Below, in pieces: positions 49,100 through 60,565 of a stretch of DNA of 64,000 nt (position 1 is the stretch's first letter; each line of letters begins with the position of its first letter). The translations under genes and the position numbers were made by a program. The notes beneath the pieces were generated by a model that saw nothing but the letters and a program-made list of their open reading frames with translations, was not told the origin of the DNA and searched no databases. The DNA comes from Sphyrna mokarran (Eukaryota): positions 94,178,001 through 94,242,000 of the forward strand of contig JAGIQG010000003.1 in assembly GCA_024679065.1 (NCBI GenBank), given 5' to 3'.

Positions 49100-50985
49100 C
49101 TGCTGCATGACGTTAAGTCATGTGTTCCTTTACATCACATTTTGTGCAGTACTATCCAATCTGACATTAACTCTTTCTTTGCAAGACCCTTATACGACAG
49201 ACACATTTCCCTTGACTCCCATCTGCTATGCACTTCACAACTTGATACAGCAACAGGGAGACTTTTTGGATGAGGAGAAGATGGAGAGTGACCAGCCGGA
49301 TGTTGCTAGGGAGGTGGTGGCCCAGGAGGATATGACGGAGGAAGAAGGACATGGACAACAATGACCACCCAGACCATGTAGGATAAGTGGCAGGAAGAGT
49401 CCAGCATGCCAAGGCAGTGAGAGGAAGCCCTTAGCATAACTAGGTTCACACACTATAGGGGTCATGTGGTGCAACAGATGGGAACCATCTCCCCCACTTC
49501 ATCATGCAAACTTAGAAAATCTCCCAGTCTCATGGGTAGCACCAAGGTGATGGGCCTGGGTAAGTTGTGTTTGCAAGTGAACCTTGCAGGCAGGAGGGTG
49601 ATAACTTTCTATGTGGCACAATGTGCTTCTGCCCTGCTGCAAACAAATCTGACTCCAACCTGAGCTCTGAATGCTCATAGGCACCTGGGGCCACATCTGG
49701 ATGGGGGTTATGGAACACGAGTCACTGGTATAGGGCTTCGGGCTGTATGCAGGGAAAGGAGTATTCAGTGGCTGCTTGGTTCTGGGGAGGCCATGGCAGA
49801 TTCAGTGATTCGAAACTAACACTGATAGTGTTGAGTGCTTTGATTGTAAGTGCAGGGATGGGTAAGCAACATGCAGCTGGATTTGGGGATCACAGTAGCA
49901 TTGCACTGAGGGTCCTTCCCTGTGCACAACGACATTCACGTTCTCTCCGGCTAAGGTTGGGTACAGTCATTCATGCTGGAGGATACTCAGCGACATATTA
50001 GTCACAGCTGTATGTTGCAAGTATATTTAGGGCGATGCCAGATGGGCCCGGTGTGTCTGAGTCAGTTACTGCAACACAACACAAAGTTCACTGCAAAGGG
50101 TGGACAGGATTCTGAGCTGCATCAAACTTGAGATATCTCCAACATTTGGAGATTGGCATATCTGTGGCACAGCCCAAGCTGCCTTTCATTAACAGTGTGG
50201 TCATCATCCTCACTCGCGAGATCGAATGCCCGCTCCTAGAAACCTGTCAGTACCCTGAGTTACAGAACGCTGCCCTCTGTCCTTTGCCACTCCCATTTAT
50301 TATGGGCATTCTTCTCCTGTAGGGACAGCAAGAGGCACTTAAAGGCTGATGGCTGGGAGCGTGCAGGATGTCAGGGACTGGCCCTCAGAGAGCAGGGTTT
50401 GTGTACAGACTCGAGTGCTGGGAAGTGGGGTGTCTGTGTGGGTGGAGGCAGGTGTTAGGGAGTCAGAGGTTGAAAGCATGCAGGGTGTCTGGGGGATGCA
50501 CACAGCAAAGGTCATATAGGGGCACAATGTTAGAAGAGAATGTGCACTCATCCTTGCTGCCCTAATGAGGTGATTGATTTTTTTTTCCAACACTGGCGGC
50601 CGGTTGTCCGTGCTAATGCATATGCACAAACTGCCACTGCCTCCCAGGCTACTCTGCTCCACTATCACCCATAAGCTTGGTGTCTGTCAAGGGAGAATAA
50701 ACTGTCCCTCCTTTCTTCCACAGCATTCAACAGCCGTGCCAACTCTTCCTCTGAAAATCTCAGGGCCATTTGTTTGGCAGCGATCTTTAAGTCTGGCAAA
50801 GGCTCCCATGGTGGGAGTCATACCCAGACACATGAAAATGCTGTGGTTGAGGTCAATCATCTCAGCCCCAGAATTATGTTGCGGGTGTTTCTTTTGGCTA
50901 GGACTCCCTAGCTCTTGCCTCCATCCACACACACACCCAAGTCGCTGCACCATCCCTGCCCTCTGAGGGCCATTCCATGACACAC
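49100..50985. mobile_element. PIF/Harbinger transposon remnant (transposase C-terminus +, Myb/SANT gene -)
   Basis: + strand ICYALHNLIQQQGDFLDEEKME + acidic tail (HARBI1-like CCxLHN end, ORF 49107-49364); convergent Myb/SANT-like gene on - strand. Confidence 0.8.
50160..50769 (-). pseudogene. Harbinger Myb/SANT-like (trihelix) DNA-binding gene, two decayed exons (50769-50552, 50316-~50160)
   Basis: MALRFSEEELARLLNAVEERRDSLF...**WSRVAWEAVA...RTTGRQCWKK(fs)INHLIRAAR | mutated donor atgagt ... ccctacag | EKNAHNKWEWQRTEGSVL*LRVLTGF*ERAFDLA. Confidence 0.8.
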
Positions 50986-51092
50986 CCTGGTCCAAGCATC
51001 TTCAGCTGCTGCATCAATGATCTTCCCTTCCTCATAGAGTCAGAAGTTAGGATGTTTGCTTACAGTTGTCTAGCCTTAAGTGCCATTGGCAT

Positions 51093-51172
51093 CTCTTCAT
51101 AGACTGAAAACATCTGTACCCACATGCATCAACTCTTCATAGACTGAAAACATCTGTACCCACATGCATCAA
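51093..51172. repeat. Perfect 40-bp tandem duplication
   Basis: ctcttcatagactgaaaacatctgtacccacatgcatcaa x2 (51093-51132, 51133-51172). Confidence 0.95.
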
Positions 51173-51206
51173 CCAAGACCTGGACAACATTATGGCTTGA
51201 GCTGAT

Positions 51207-52035
51207 AAACATAGAAATGTAGAAAATAGATGCAGGAATAGCCCATTTGGCCCTTAGAGCCTGCACTGCCATTCAATATAATCACGGCTGATCATATACT
51301 TTCAGTATCCCACTTCCACTTTGCGCTCAATACCTTTGATCTCTTTAACTGCAAGGGCCATGTTGAGCTCCTTCTTGAACATATCTAACAAACTGGCCCC
51401 AACAACAGCTTTCTATGGGAGAGAATCCCACATGTTCACAACTGAGTGAAGAAGTTTTTCCTCATCTCTGTCCTGAATGGTTTACCCCTTAATCTTAGAC
51501 TGTGACTCCTACTTCTGGACTTCTGCCAACAATCTTCCCCCACCCAACCTGTTCAGTCTCATCAGGATTTTGTTTTTATGAGATCCCCTTTCATTGTTCT
51601 AAATTCTAGTGAGTATAAGCCCTGTTAATCCAATCTGTCTTCATATGTCAGTCCTGTCATTCCAGGAATCAGCCTGGTGAACTTCATTGGACCCCCTCAA
51701 AAGCAAGAATGTTCTTCCTCAGACTAGATCAAAACTGCACACAATACTCAAGGTATAACTGCAGCAATGATGTGGAGATACCACCACTGAATTGGATAAA
51801 CACTGTAAGAAATCTCACAACACCAGGTTAAAGTCAAACAGGTTTATCTGGTAGCAAACACCACTAGCCCCGAAAGCTAGTGGCTTTTGCTACCAAATAA
51901 ACCCATTGGACTTTACCCTGATGTTGTGAAACTTCTAACTGCAGCAAGACATCATTACTCCTATACTTAGATGTCTTGCAATGAAGGCCAGCATGCCATT
52001 AGCTTTCTTCACCGACAGATGTACCTGCATGCTAT
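51207..52035 (-). mobile_element. CR1 LINE 3' end (interrupted by Penelope mini-element)
   Basis: Starts aacatagaaatgtagaaaatagatgcaggaatagcccatt; antisense of ..VQ*SSPG*FLE.., caaaactgcacacaatactc, gaaggccagcatgccattagc; homologous to 8544-9320. Confidence 0.85.
51768..51935. mobile_element. Miniature fold-back Penelope-terminus insertion
   Basis: ~61-bp inverted arms 51808-51868 / 51876-51936 around cccgaaa; 12-bp duplication taactgcagcaa at 51756-51767 and 51936-51947. Confidence 0.85.
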
Positions 52036-52419
52036 TCATCAGCTTCATTGTTTTTGTGCCCTTTTTGGTTATCACCAATCAATTGATCAGGGCTTGATCA
52101 CTCTGATTAAAGTTCAATCAGGTTTTGCTGTACTGATCTCTACATGTGTACACAATGGCCCTATAGGTGCTGGAAGCGTATAGGTCACACATCTCCCTTC
52201 CAAATAAGGAAGGGGGTTAAGGCACCTCTGTATCTGGTAAACAACCCTGTTTGACCAGTAAGTGTCTGTTGTCTTTGAGATGGCCGATGTCCTGTATATT
52301 CAGATATCTGAAGCTGTAACCTATCTCTGTCGTCTAAGATTGCAGCTTGTCTGTTTCTGTACTTGGCCAATTATCTCAGTGTGCTTTGTAATTTGCCATC
52401 TTAGATGGCCCATTTTGCC

Positions 52420-52600
52420 ACATTAGCATGGCCAATCAACCTAATTCTCCCCTCTTTGGAATGAGGGGGCAAAACCAGAGCACCCCAAGGAAACCCATGC
52501 AGAGATGGAAGAACGTGTGAACTCCACACGTACAGTCACCCAAGATCAGAATTGTACCTGGCTACCTGCACTGAGAGGCAGCAGTGCTAACCACTGTCAC
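52420..52600 (-). mobile_element. HE1-type SINE 5' part
   Basis: ttagcatggccaatcaacctaa...gagcaccccaaggaaacccatgcagagatgg...gaggcagcagtgctaaccactg. Confidence 0.8.
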
Positions 52601-52724
52601 TGGATCAAAATTTGTATTGCTGTCTCAAGCAGCATTGTGTATGTGTTTGTACATAGATCACATGGACTGCAGCAGTTCAAGAAAGCAACTCAACAACCTT
52701 ACATGTTCAGAAGTAATTCTTCTT

Positions 52725-52923
52725 GAACTCCCTGCCAGAAGCCATGTCCATGGCAATTATTTGCTGAGCCATGGCAAAGTGCTATGAGTTGTTTTATTAT
52801 CACTAAGGTAAGGAGACAGGCTTCAAGACTATCTCAGCTAGAATGGTGATCAAACCCCAAGCTATTGGCATTCATCTGACCCACACACTAGCTGCCATGC
52901 CAATTGATCTAACCAGTCCACCC
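52725..52923 (-). mobile_element. tRNA-derived SINE family 'C'
   Basis: Minus strand gggtggactggttagatcaattgg...ggggtttgatcacc (A/B-box-like); splits the LINE 3' tail. Confidence 0.5.
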
Positions 52924-53616
52924 TCAATAAATGAGCAATAAATGATGGTCTTATCAGAGATCATCAAATTGTAAGTGCAGATAAAAAGAAACGAGCAATT
53001 TTAATAAGTTTCAATTTTCTGATGCCAACCTTCTCTAAAAGTCATTAAATTCTGTGATATGCTGTATCTTTTGCTACTTTGAGATAAGATTGTATATCAG
53101 ATGTCACTGGTGGTGAAAATTTAATTTTCCTGATGCATTCATGCCCTTCTGCCTGCAAATATTCGCTGTATTAAAAATGAATCCAGTATTTATCCTTGAT
53201 TTTCATTTTATCAGCTTTTTGAATTAGTATTGTATTGCAGCAAAGGTTGTAAAGAATTTTAATCTTGGACAAGAAGATTCTTAAATTTGCTCGATTGGAT
53301 GTCTTCAATTATGAGAAATTCCTAAAGAATTACATTTTGTTATTTCATGTCAAGTAAATAGAAAATCAGTACTAATAGTCTAGTCATCATGATGAACCTT
53401 GAGAAATTAGATATACTAAGGTGCATCTATGTTATTAATAAATTCTGCAAGTGTTTTTGTAACACAGTTATGTTTATTTTTCCAATATTTAGCTTGGTAA
53501 AGTGGTGCTGAGCAAAGGATTGACACATAGGGAACATATGATGATACTTTTCTAGTTGTTGCCACTTTATTGTAATTCACATGGCATATTGTTTGGGACG
53601 TTTTAAGAAAGGTTTA

Positions 53617-54337
53617 GGCTGAGATTCTATTCCCAAAAAAGCTAAGATGGGAAATGGGAAGGGTTTCCCGCTTGTTTTCTGAGCGTATTCACCTGAATGA
53701 ACCTCTGATGCTCTGAGCATTACACAGTGCCTCAGACTGATTCACTCCGGAAAGTGGGTTTGGGGTCTTATCCCACCAAGAGGCTGGCAGCAGCCTGTCA
53801 GTGGGGTGATCAGTACATTTGCCCCCCACCCCTCATGCCAGCTGCCTGATTACTGGCTTCCCTCCTTTGATTGCTGTCCCCTCCCTCCCCTTTCTGATTG
53901 CCAGCCCACCGACCTTTCCTTCACCACCTCTCCATCCCTGGAGATTAGCCTCAGTCGCAGAGTGGCAGTGGGCACCCCACCCCTTTAGCACTGCCCAGTG
54001 CCTGGTGGGCAATATCAGTATACCCTTTGGGCATACTGCGCATAGATTGGGGAACATCTGTTCTCTATTAGTGGGGAGCACTTGTAAACGCTGCCAGAAG
54101 GAGCTCCTCTTGGTGACGGGAAGAGGTGCTAGTAAGCCCAGAAAATAACATGTGAAACCCAGTAATGATACACAAATGTCAATTTCCATGACACTTCCAT
54201 ATGATAATCAGCTCCGCACCAGAAAAGGGGCCTCTGAGACACCCATTCAGCTGGATGGTGGTCATGAGACCCACCAGTGACACCCCCCAATCCTGCTGAT
54301 GTCTCCTGGCCTGCAGTGGGCTAGGAGAATGCTGGTC
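53617..54337. mobile_element. Harbinger-type non-autonomous element
   Basis: Termini ggctgagattct ... ggagaatgctggtc; GC-rich body with gtgggca/tgccca repeats. Confidence 0.5.
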
Positions 54338-54849
54338 TTAGTTTTTGGAACTTGTGCAGAAAATGCCACTGCTACAAAAAGTGTGCTTTTTCTTCAGACC
54401 TCTGTTTAACTTGTTGAGAAGTTAACAATTCAATTCAAGAGCCGTCCTAAACAACATCCTGGCTATCGCACTAATCACATTATTTCATAATTTTTATTTG
54501 CTAAGAGTCTCTGTAATTAGTTATTTCTATGTTATTCTGTTCCCCTCCTTAGTTAGCTATTTGGTTCTTAGAGTTGTTTGCATATTGGTTCATTTTGACT
54601 GATATTGTACTTTCAGTGTGGTGGTTAAAGTTTTGAATCAGTGGGATTTTTTTTAAAGCAGCATTTGTTACAAGGCCTTTTGGGGCCTTTACATGCTACT
54701 TTGAGAACATTTGAAATCCCAATTAGCCACGTTGCTCAGACTATATTGAAAATTTCCAGGATTTGCCTAGTCACCACTTTCTTGTCTGTGGTTTTTTGCT
54801 GGACTGGTAACTTTTAAGAATATCTCACCCTGCACCCAACAAGGACAAT

Positions 54850-57537
54850 TATTATTGTGTCTCATGCATGTGGGTAGCGCAAGCTAAACTAGCATTTATT
54901 GGCCATCGTAAATTGCCTTTGAGAAAGTGGGTGGTGAGCTTCCTTCTTGAACTCTTGCAGCCCATGAGGTGTAGATACACCCACAGTGCTGTTAGGAAGG
55001 AAGTTCCAGAATTTTGACCCAGTGACAGTGGAAGAACTTTCCAAATCAAGATGGTGAATGCCTTGGAAGAGATATTCCAGGTAGTGGTGTTTCCATGTGC
55101 CTCCTGCCACTGTACTAGATTGCAACAGTCATGAGTTGCAAAGATGCTGCCTAAGCAGCCTTGGAGAGTTCTTGCGGTACATGTTGTAGATTGTACATGC
55201 TGCTGCCACTATGCATTGGTGGTGGAAAGTGAACGTTTATGAATTGTGTGTTGGAGTGAGTGTTGTTGGAGTTGCACTCATCCAAGAAGTGGACAATATT
55301 ACATTGCATTCCTGATTTGCGACTTGTTGATGGTGGACAGAGTTTGGGGAGTTGAGGGTGAATTACTCACTGTAGGATTCTTAGCCTCTGATCTGCTGTT
55401 TTTGATAGTGGGGACTTCAGCAACAGTAATGCCATTGAATGTCAAGTGGCAATTAAATTCTGTCTGGTTAGACATGGTCATTGCCTGGCACTTGTGTGGT
55501 GCAAATATTACTCACCACTTGTCAGCCCAAGCCTGGATATTGTCCAGGTATTGTTGCATTTAGACATGATTCCTCAGATATTGAAGCAGTGTAGAGATTA
55601 TTCAACAATCTGTCAGCACTCTTGATAACCCGCTCACTTGTAGACTAATGGGGTAGAAATTGGCCATGTTGCATTATCCTGCTTTTTGTGTCCAATACTT
55701 TGGGCAATTTTTGACATTACCTGATAGATGCCAATGTTGTAGCTACATTGGAATAACTTAGCTAGGGTCGCAGCATGTTTTGGAGCATAAATCCTCATAA
55801 CTATTGCCAGAATACTGCCATGGCCCATAGCTTTTGAAGTATGTCATACCTTCAGACATTTGATCTTGGTTTCGGACAAAGCTTGACACAACATCAAGAG
55901 CTGAAGGGCCTGTATTGTGCTGTACTGTTCTATGTTATGTTTTGTGTTTCTTGATATCATGGAGAATGAATCAAATTGCTGAAGATTGGCATCTGTGATG
56001 CTGGGGATCTCCGCGATTGGTCATTTCTAAGACATTACTAGTTGAAGATTATTGCAAATGCTGCAGCCTTATCTTTCGCACTGATGTGTTGGGTTCTCTC
56101 ATCATTTGAGAGTGGGGATATTCTCCTCCCTTGAGTTTTTTAATTGTCCATCTCCATGCAAAACTGGATGTTGCATGTTTTCAGAATTTAAAATTGATAT
56201 GTTATTTAAGGAATGCCTTAGCTCTGTCTATTATTTGCTGCTTATGCTATTTGGCACCAAACAAACCTGTGTTATAGCTTTGTCAGGTTAATATCTCATA
56301 TGCCTGGTGCTGCATGCTCTCCTACAATATTCATTGAAGAAGATTTGATCCTCTGGCCTGATGGTAATGTTCGAATGGGTGAAATGCTGGGCTATGAGGT
56401 TACAGATTGTGTTTGAGTACAAACATCTTACTGCTCTTGACCCACACCATCTAATGTTTATTCAGTTTTGAATGGCTAGATCTGTTTGAAATCTATCCCA
56501 TTTAGCAGGCTGGTAGTACCATCCAACACAATGGAGTTACCCTCAGTATAAAGATGGGACTTTGCCTCCACAAGGACTGTGGAGTAGTCACTCCAACAGA
56601 TCTGTCAAGGACAGATGCATCTGCAGCAGGCAGGCTGACCAGCATGAGGTAAAGTATGTTCTTCCCTATTGTTGGTTCACTCACCACTTGCCACTAACTC
56701 AGCCTGGCAGCCATATTCTTTTAAGGTTTGGCCAATTTGCTCTGTAAAGCGTGACTGAGCCACTCTTAGTAATGGCATTCAAATCCTCCACCATGACCAC
56801 ATTCTGTGTTCTGACACTTTTTCCAAGTGGCATTCAACATGGAGGAGTACTGATTCATTAGCTGGGGAACTACATGGTAATTCCAGGGACGTTTCCTTCC
56901 CCATTTTTAACCTGGTGCCATGAGGTTTCATAGAATATGGTGTTGATATTAAAGACTTTGAGGGCAAATTCCTCCCAATTGTCTGCAATTGTGCTGCCAC
57001 CATTACTGGGTCTGTCCACTGCTGGGACAGACCCAATTGAGGCACGGTGATAGTGGAGTCTGGGATATTATCTGCAATGAATGTTCCATGAGTTTGACAA
57101 TGTCTGGCTGTTCCTTGACTAATCTGTGAGACAACTGTCTCAATTTTGGTGTAACTCCCCCCCAGATATTTGTAAGCAGGACCTTGTAGGGTTAATAGGG
57201 CTGAGGTCACGATTTTGCCATTTTCATTTTTGATGTTTGTGTTAATGCCAAGTGGAGCGATACAACTGAGTGTCCATTTCAGAGGGCATTTACTCATAAA
57301 CCACATTACTTGGATCCAGAGTCATATGTTGGCCAAAACAGATAGGATGGCAGATTTCCTCCCCTAAGGGAAAAACAGATATGGTTTTTATGGCAATGAC
57401 TTTTGATTCCAGATAGAATTTTAATTCAATAACTATGATCTGCAGGAGTCGGATTTAATCCCAGGTCTCCAGAGCACCAGACTCCTTGGGTCTCTTGACT
57501 AGTCCAGTGACAACAGCACTATGCCATCGCCTCCCCC
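54850..57537 (-). mobile_element. CR1-group-like LINE with tRNA-like 5' head, APE endonuclease and partially deleted RT ('family B' LINE)
   Basis: Minus strand: ggggaggcgaTGGCATAGTG head, SINE-B body, then KLRQLSHRLVKEQPDIV...DNIPDSTITVP (endonuclease), MGHGSILAIV..APKHAATLAKLFQCSYNIGIY..KIAQ..HKKQD (RT start), LTFNGITVAE, VTGSKFWNFLPN; tail ggccaataaatgctag. Confidence 0.85.
55862..55945 (+). mobile_element. Short CR1 3' tail inserted in the LINE
   Basis: gacacaacatcaagagctgaagggcctgtattgtgctgtactgttctatgttatgtt. Confidence 0.7.
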
Positions 57538-59173
57538 ATTTTGGGAGATGTGAGTGCATGCTGTCTGATCCTTAAAACTTGTCAAGACATTGGTCTAAAT
57601 ATAAAATTAAAAGACTCTGGATCCTGGAAATCTGAAGTAAATATTTGTGATTGGAAACACTTTTCTGACACAGCGAGATTTATGTTGGGGAAAAGAGGTA
57701 GCATTTCCTGGAGCTCAGGATTGCAGACATTCATGTGATGTTCAGCTTACATTTCTTCAATTCTTTTTGAAAACTGTTCCGGGAACAAGTACTCAATTTT
57801 GGCTCATTGCCAAATTCTAGTAAAAAGTTTCTAAATTGTGTTGTCCTTGAATTATGATGTATTACTCTGTACCAATGCAGCTCTAAATCAACCCTCCACA
57901 GTCGGTTTCCCAGTGAAATTATCTGTGTGTGGTAAGTTTGACTAAAAAGTGAGTCATTTTGCACAAGTAAACATTCTTCAGAAATATCAATATATTTGCG
58001 CATTTTAGAGTATGTGTACCCTATTCTTCTCAATTCATTTCAGCATCTGGACCATGGCTTCAGTCTCAGTTCAAACAATGTTCATTGAAGCCAAATCTAA
58101 GGCATATCTTCAAGGCGACCCTTATTGATTTGGCAACTCCTGCCTTTTATATGAAAAACACTGAAATGTGTTTGTCATCCTTATATTCTAACTCTATTAA
58201 AGCAGCCACGTCAACAGCTTTGAGTGCATGGTGAAAATACTTTTACTTTGAAGATAAACTTTCCATATCCAAATAAATGCGCTGCTATTCTTCAGTTCAA
58301 TTTAACTACATTCATCTGGAATAATCCAACCATAAGAAGTTTGTTTTGCCTTTGCACCCATTACACCCACTTTATGGCAGGAACTACAGCTAATGTTAGA
58401 TTAGTGGTTAGCATATTTATAATTTATGGCTTGCTTCATAATGCATGCAGCATTTACAGTTTTCCAGTACAACACTAAAGTAATTCCTAGCATCAATGAG
58501 ACTTCCAGTCACAAGACATTGTGAAGCAGACAACTTTTCTGGTGGATTCTGTTTGACCCATGCTACTATCTCTTCAGAGTATGGTAGTTGTTTCCAAAGT
58601 GCTACTTTCTTTGGAAATCTGTGTCACTTAAAGGCAATTTCCTTGCAATGAATAAAGGCAAAAAAGTGTGAAAAAACACAGTAGAAACCATTTTTTCATT
58701 GAGATTGGCATGTTTGGTAAATTACTGGAAAATTATTGCATCTAAGTGTGGTGTCAAAGCATTTTTAAGCACGCAAAGCAAATAACAGAGTTTTATGTAA
58801 GATATATGTACAAAACAATAGATTTGCTGAAGTGCATTACAGACTGCAATATGACATGGCGATTATAATGACACTCAAACTTCAATTCCATGCTCTATCT
58901 TGGTATGGTTAATCATCTCATCTGCTTTGGAATTTTACAGTGTGCAAAATGACAATTATTGTAATTTTTTTCACATGGAACATTTTGAGGAATGTTGGGA
59001 AAAAAAAGTTGATACGGTTTTATGTATATATGCAAGTCTCCTTCAAAATACTTTCGTTCGAGATATTCAAGCTTGTAATATAATCTGTTTTTGTATATAC
59101 CTAATTATCACAAATTCTCAAATAAATAAGTTGAGTGTTTTGTTTTCAATGTTCAGCCTTGAAATACACTTAA

Positions 59174-60565
59174 GGCTGAATTTTCACAGGCAAGGTGTGA
59201 TGGGTTTGCATGTGTGCAGTGAGTTAAATTCTCTAAAGGTAAAGTCAGGTCAGGAGCACAACATGCTCCAGTCGACATCTAGATAGGCAGATTTGAAGGT
59301 GAATACGGAACCTCATTCCAAGTGTCGGATAAGCCATGTATATATCTTACTAGGGAACTCATTATTGTTTCAGTCAAAAATTCTAGTTTTAACAACCAGT
59401 GGATGTTTTTCCTGAGTTGTGTCGAATTCACCAGAACCTCTATGCATAGTGTGGAGTGCTTCTTAAGTGAAACTAAAAAGCTGGAAAACTTTGGACCAGT
59501 GAAATGGGGCAGTCATGGTCAGATGAAAGGCTACTGTCCACACATTGCACCTCAGAGAGTGTATTCAGTTGACTCTTACTTTCTTGGAAATTAATTCTAC
59601 GCCTTCATACTTCATTGAAATTCATCTGTGATGGTGAGATGAGGAAAAATGTTCTCATGCAATGAGTGGTTAGGATATGGAATATCCTACCTGCAATAGA
59701 GTTTTCCCGAAAGGAATTAGATTGTTGTCAGAAAAATAAGAATGTGTAAATAAGAATGGAGAAGACAAGGAAATGGCATCAGTTGAATTGCTCATATGGA
59801 AAGCCTGTGCAGACACAATGGGCCAAATAACCTCTTAGTATGCTGTAATAATCGTGTGATTTTGTGACTTCTTCACTGCTAGTCTTTACTGCAGAACAGG
59901 AGCAGATAACACTCCCTACCTTTAATGAAGAACAAGCAGCAGAATCAGCTGTCTTCTTCTCAACCAGCTCCTTCTCCAAAGGACAGAACCGATGGATTTA
60001 GAGTTCTAACTTGAAGAAAATGAGAAACCCCATCACACAGTTTATAGACAGAAAAGATCAGCTCCCCTGATATGTGAGAGCACCTGTACATCAGGAGGTT
60101 CAAGTTTTCAAAGGGTTACATCTGCAGCCTTCTGGATGAAAACCTCCTCCCCAGTGAGCCAGGTGGACACAGATTGCCAGCAACATTCACTGGTTGACTA
60201 TCTTATCAGTGTTCCTCCTACCAGCCAAGACACTGCCTTTCTCTCAGATTGTGTGCTCTCTGCTCCTGTAAGGCATAGTTATGAGTATTGTAAATGATCT
60301 GCATGGATACGAGGGAAGAATAACATTTGTTGAGCAAAGGTGAGAGGATGAGTGTTGTCTGTCCAGATTAGGATGTGAGAAACTGCCTGGAGAGAGAAGA
60401 ATGAGTGCAGATGCAAGGTGGATCATTCTGAGAGCTATGCAAGAGAATGTGGTGAATGTTAGTGTTTGGGATGTGGATCAAAGTATATTCTTCATTAAAC
60501 CTTGCCCAAAGCCCTTAGAAATAGATTAAATGTAGGGCTGTGCGTGCCAGGAAAAGATTCATTTT
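59174..60565. mobile_element. Old Harbinger-derived element with Myb-gene exon-2 remnant
   Basis: Starts ggctgaattttcac; minus strand at ~60265 ccttacag|EQRAHNLRERQC parallels exon 2 at 50316. Confidence 0.45.
59633..59866 (+). mobile_element. CR1 3' end fragment
   Basis: EMRKNVLMQ*VVRIWNILP; tail gcagacacaatgggccaaataacctc...gctgtaataatcgtgtgattttgtga. Confidence 0.75.

Larger units (their letters stand above)
47303..52990 (+). mobile_element. Second, heavily interrupted copy of the tRNA-headed LINE (pieces ~47303-47568, 48339-48625, 50985-51207, 52630-52720, 52930-52990)
   Basis: Head with B box gttcaaatcc (47371-47380); endonuclease start GLVLNLGEMSHRLVKEQPYIFTL; RT PSIFSCCINDLP...VRMFA...QDLDNIMA; tail ggactgcagcagttcaagaa...gcaataaatgatgg; pieces are collinear with 54850-57537. 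Confidence 0.65.

Noticed and set aside
56779-57306. 175-aa ORF as a LINE ORF1 or host gene
   Set aside because: It weaves through frameshifted endonuclease sequence (DNIPDSTITVP) and the head region; not an independent gene
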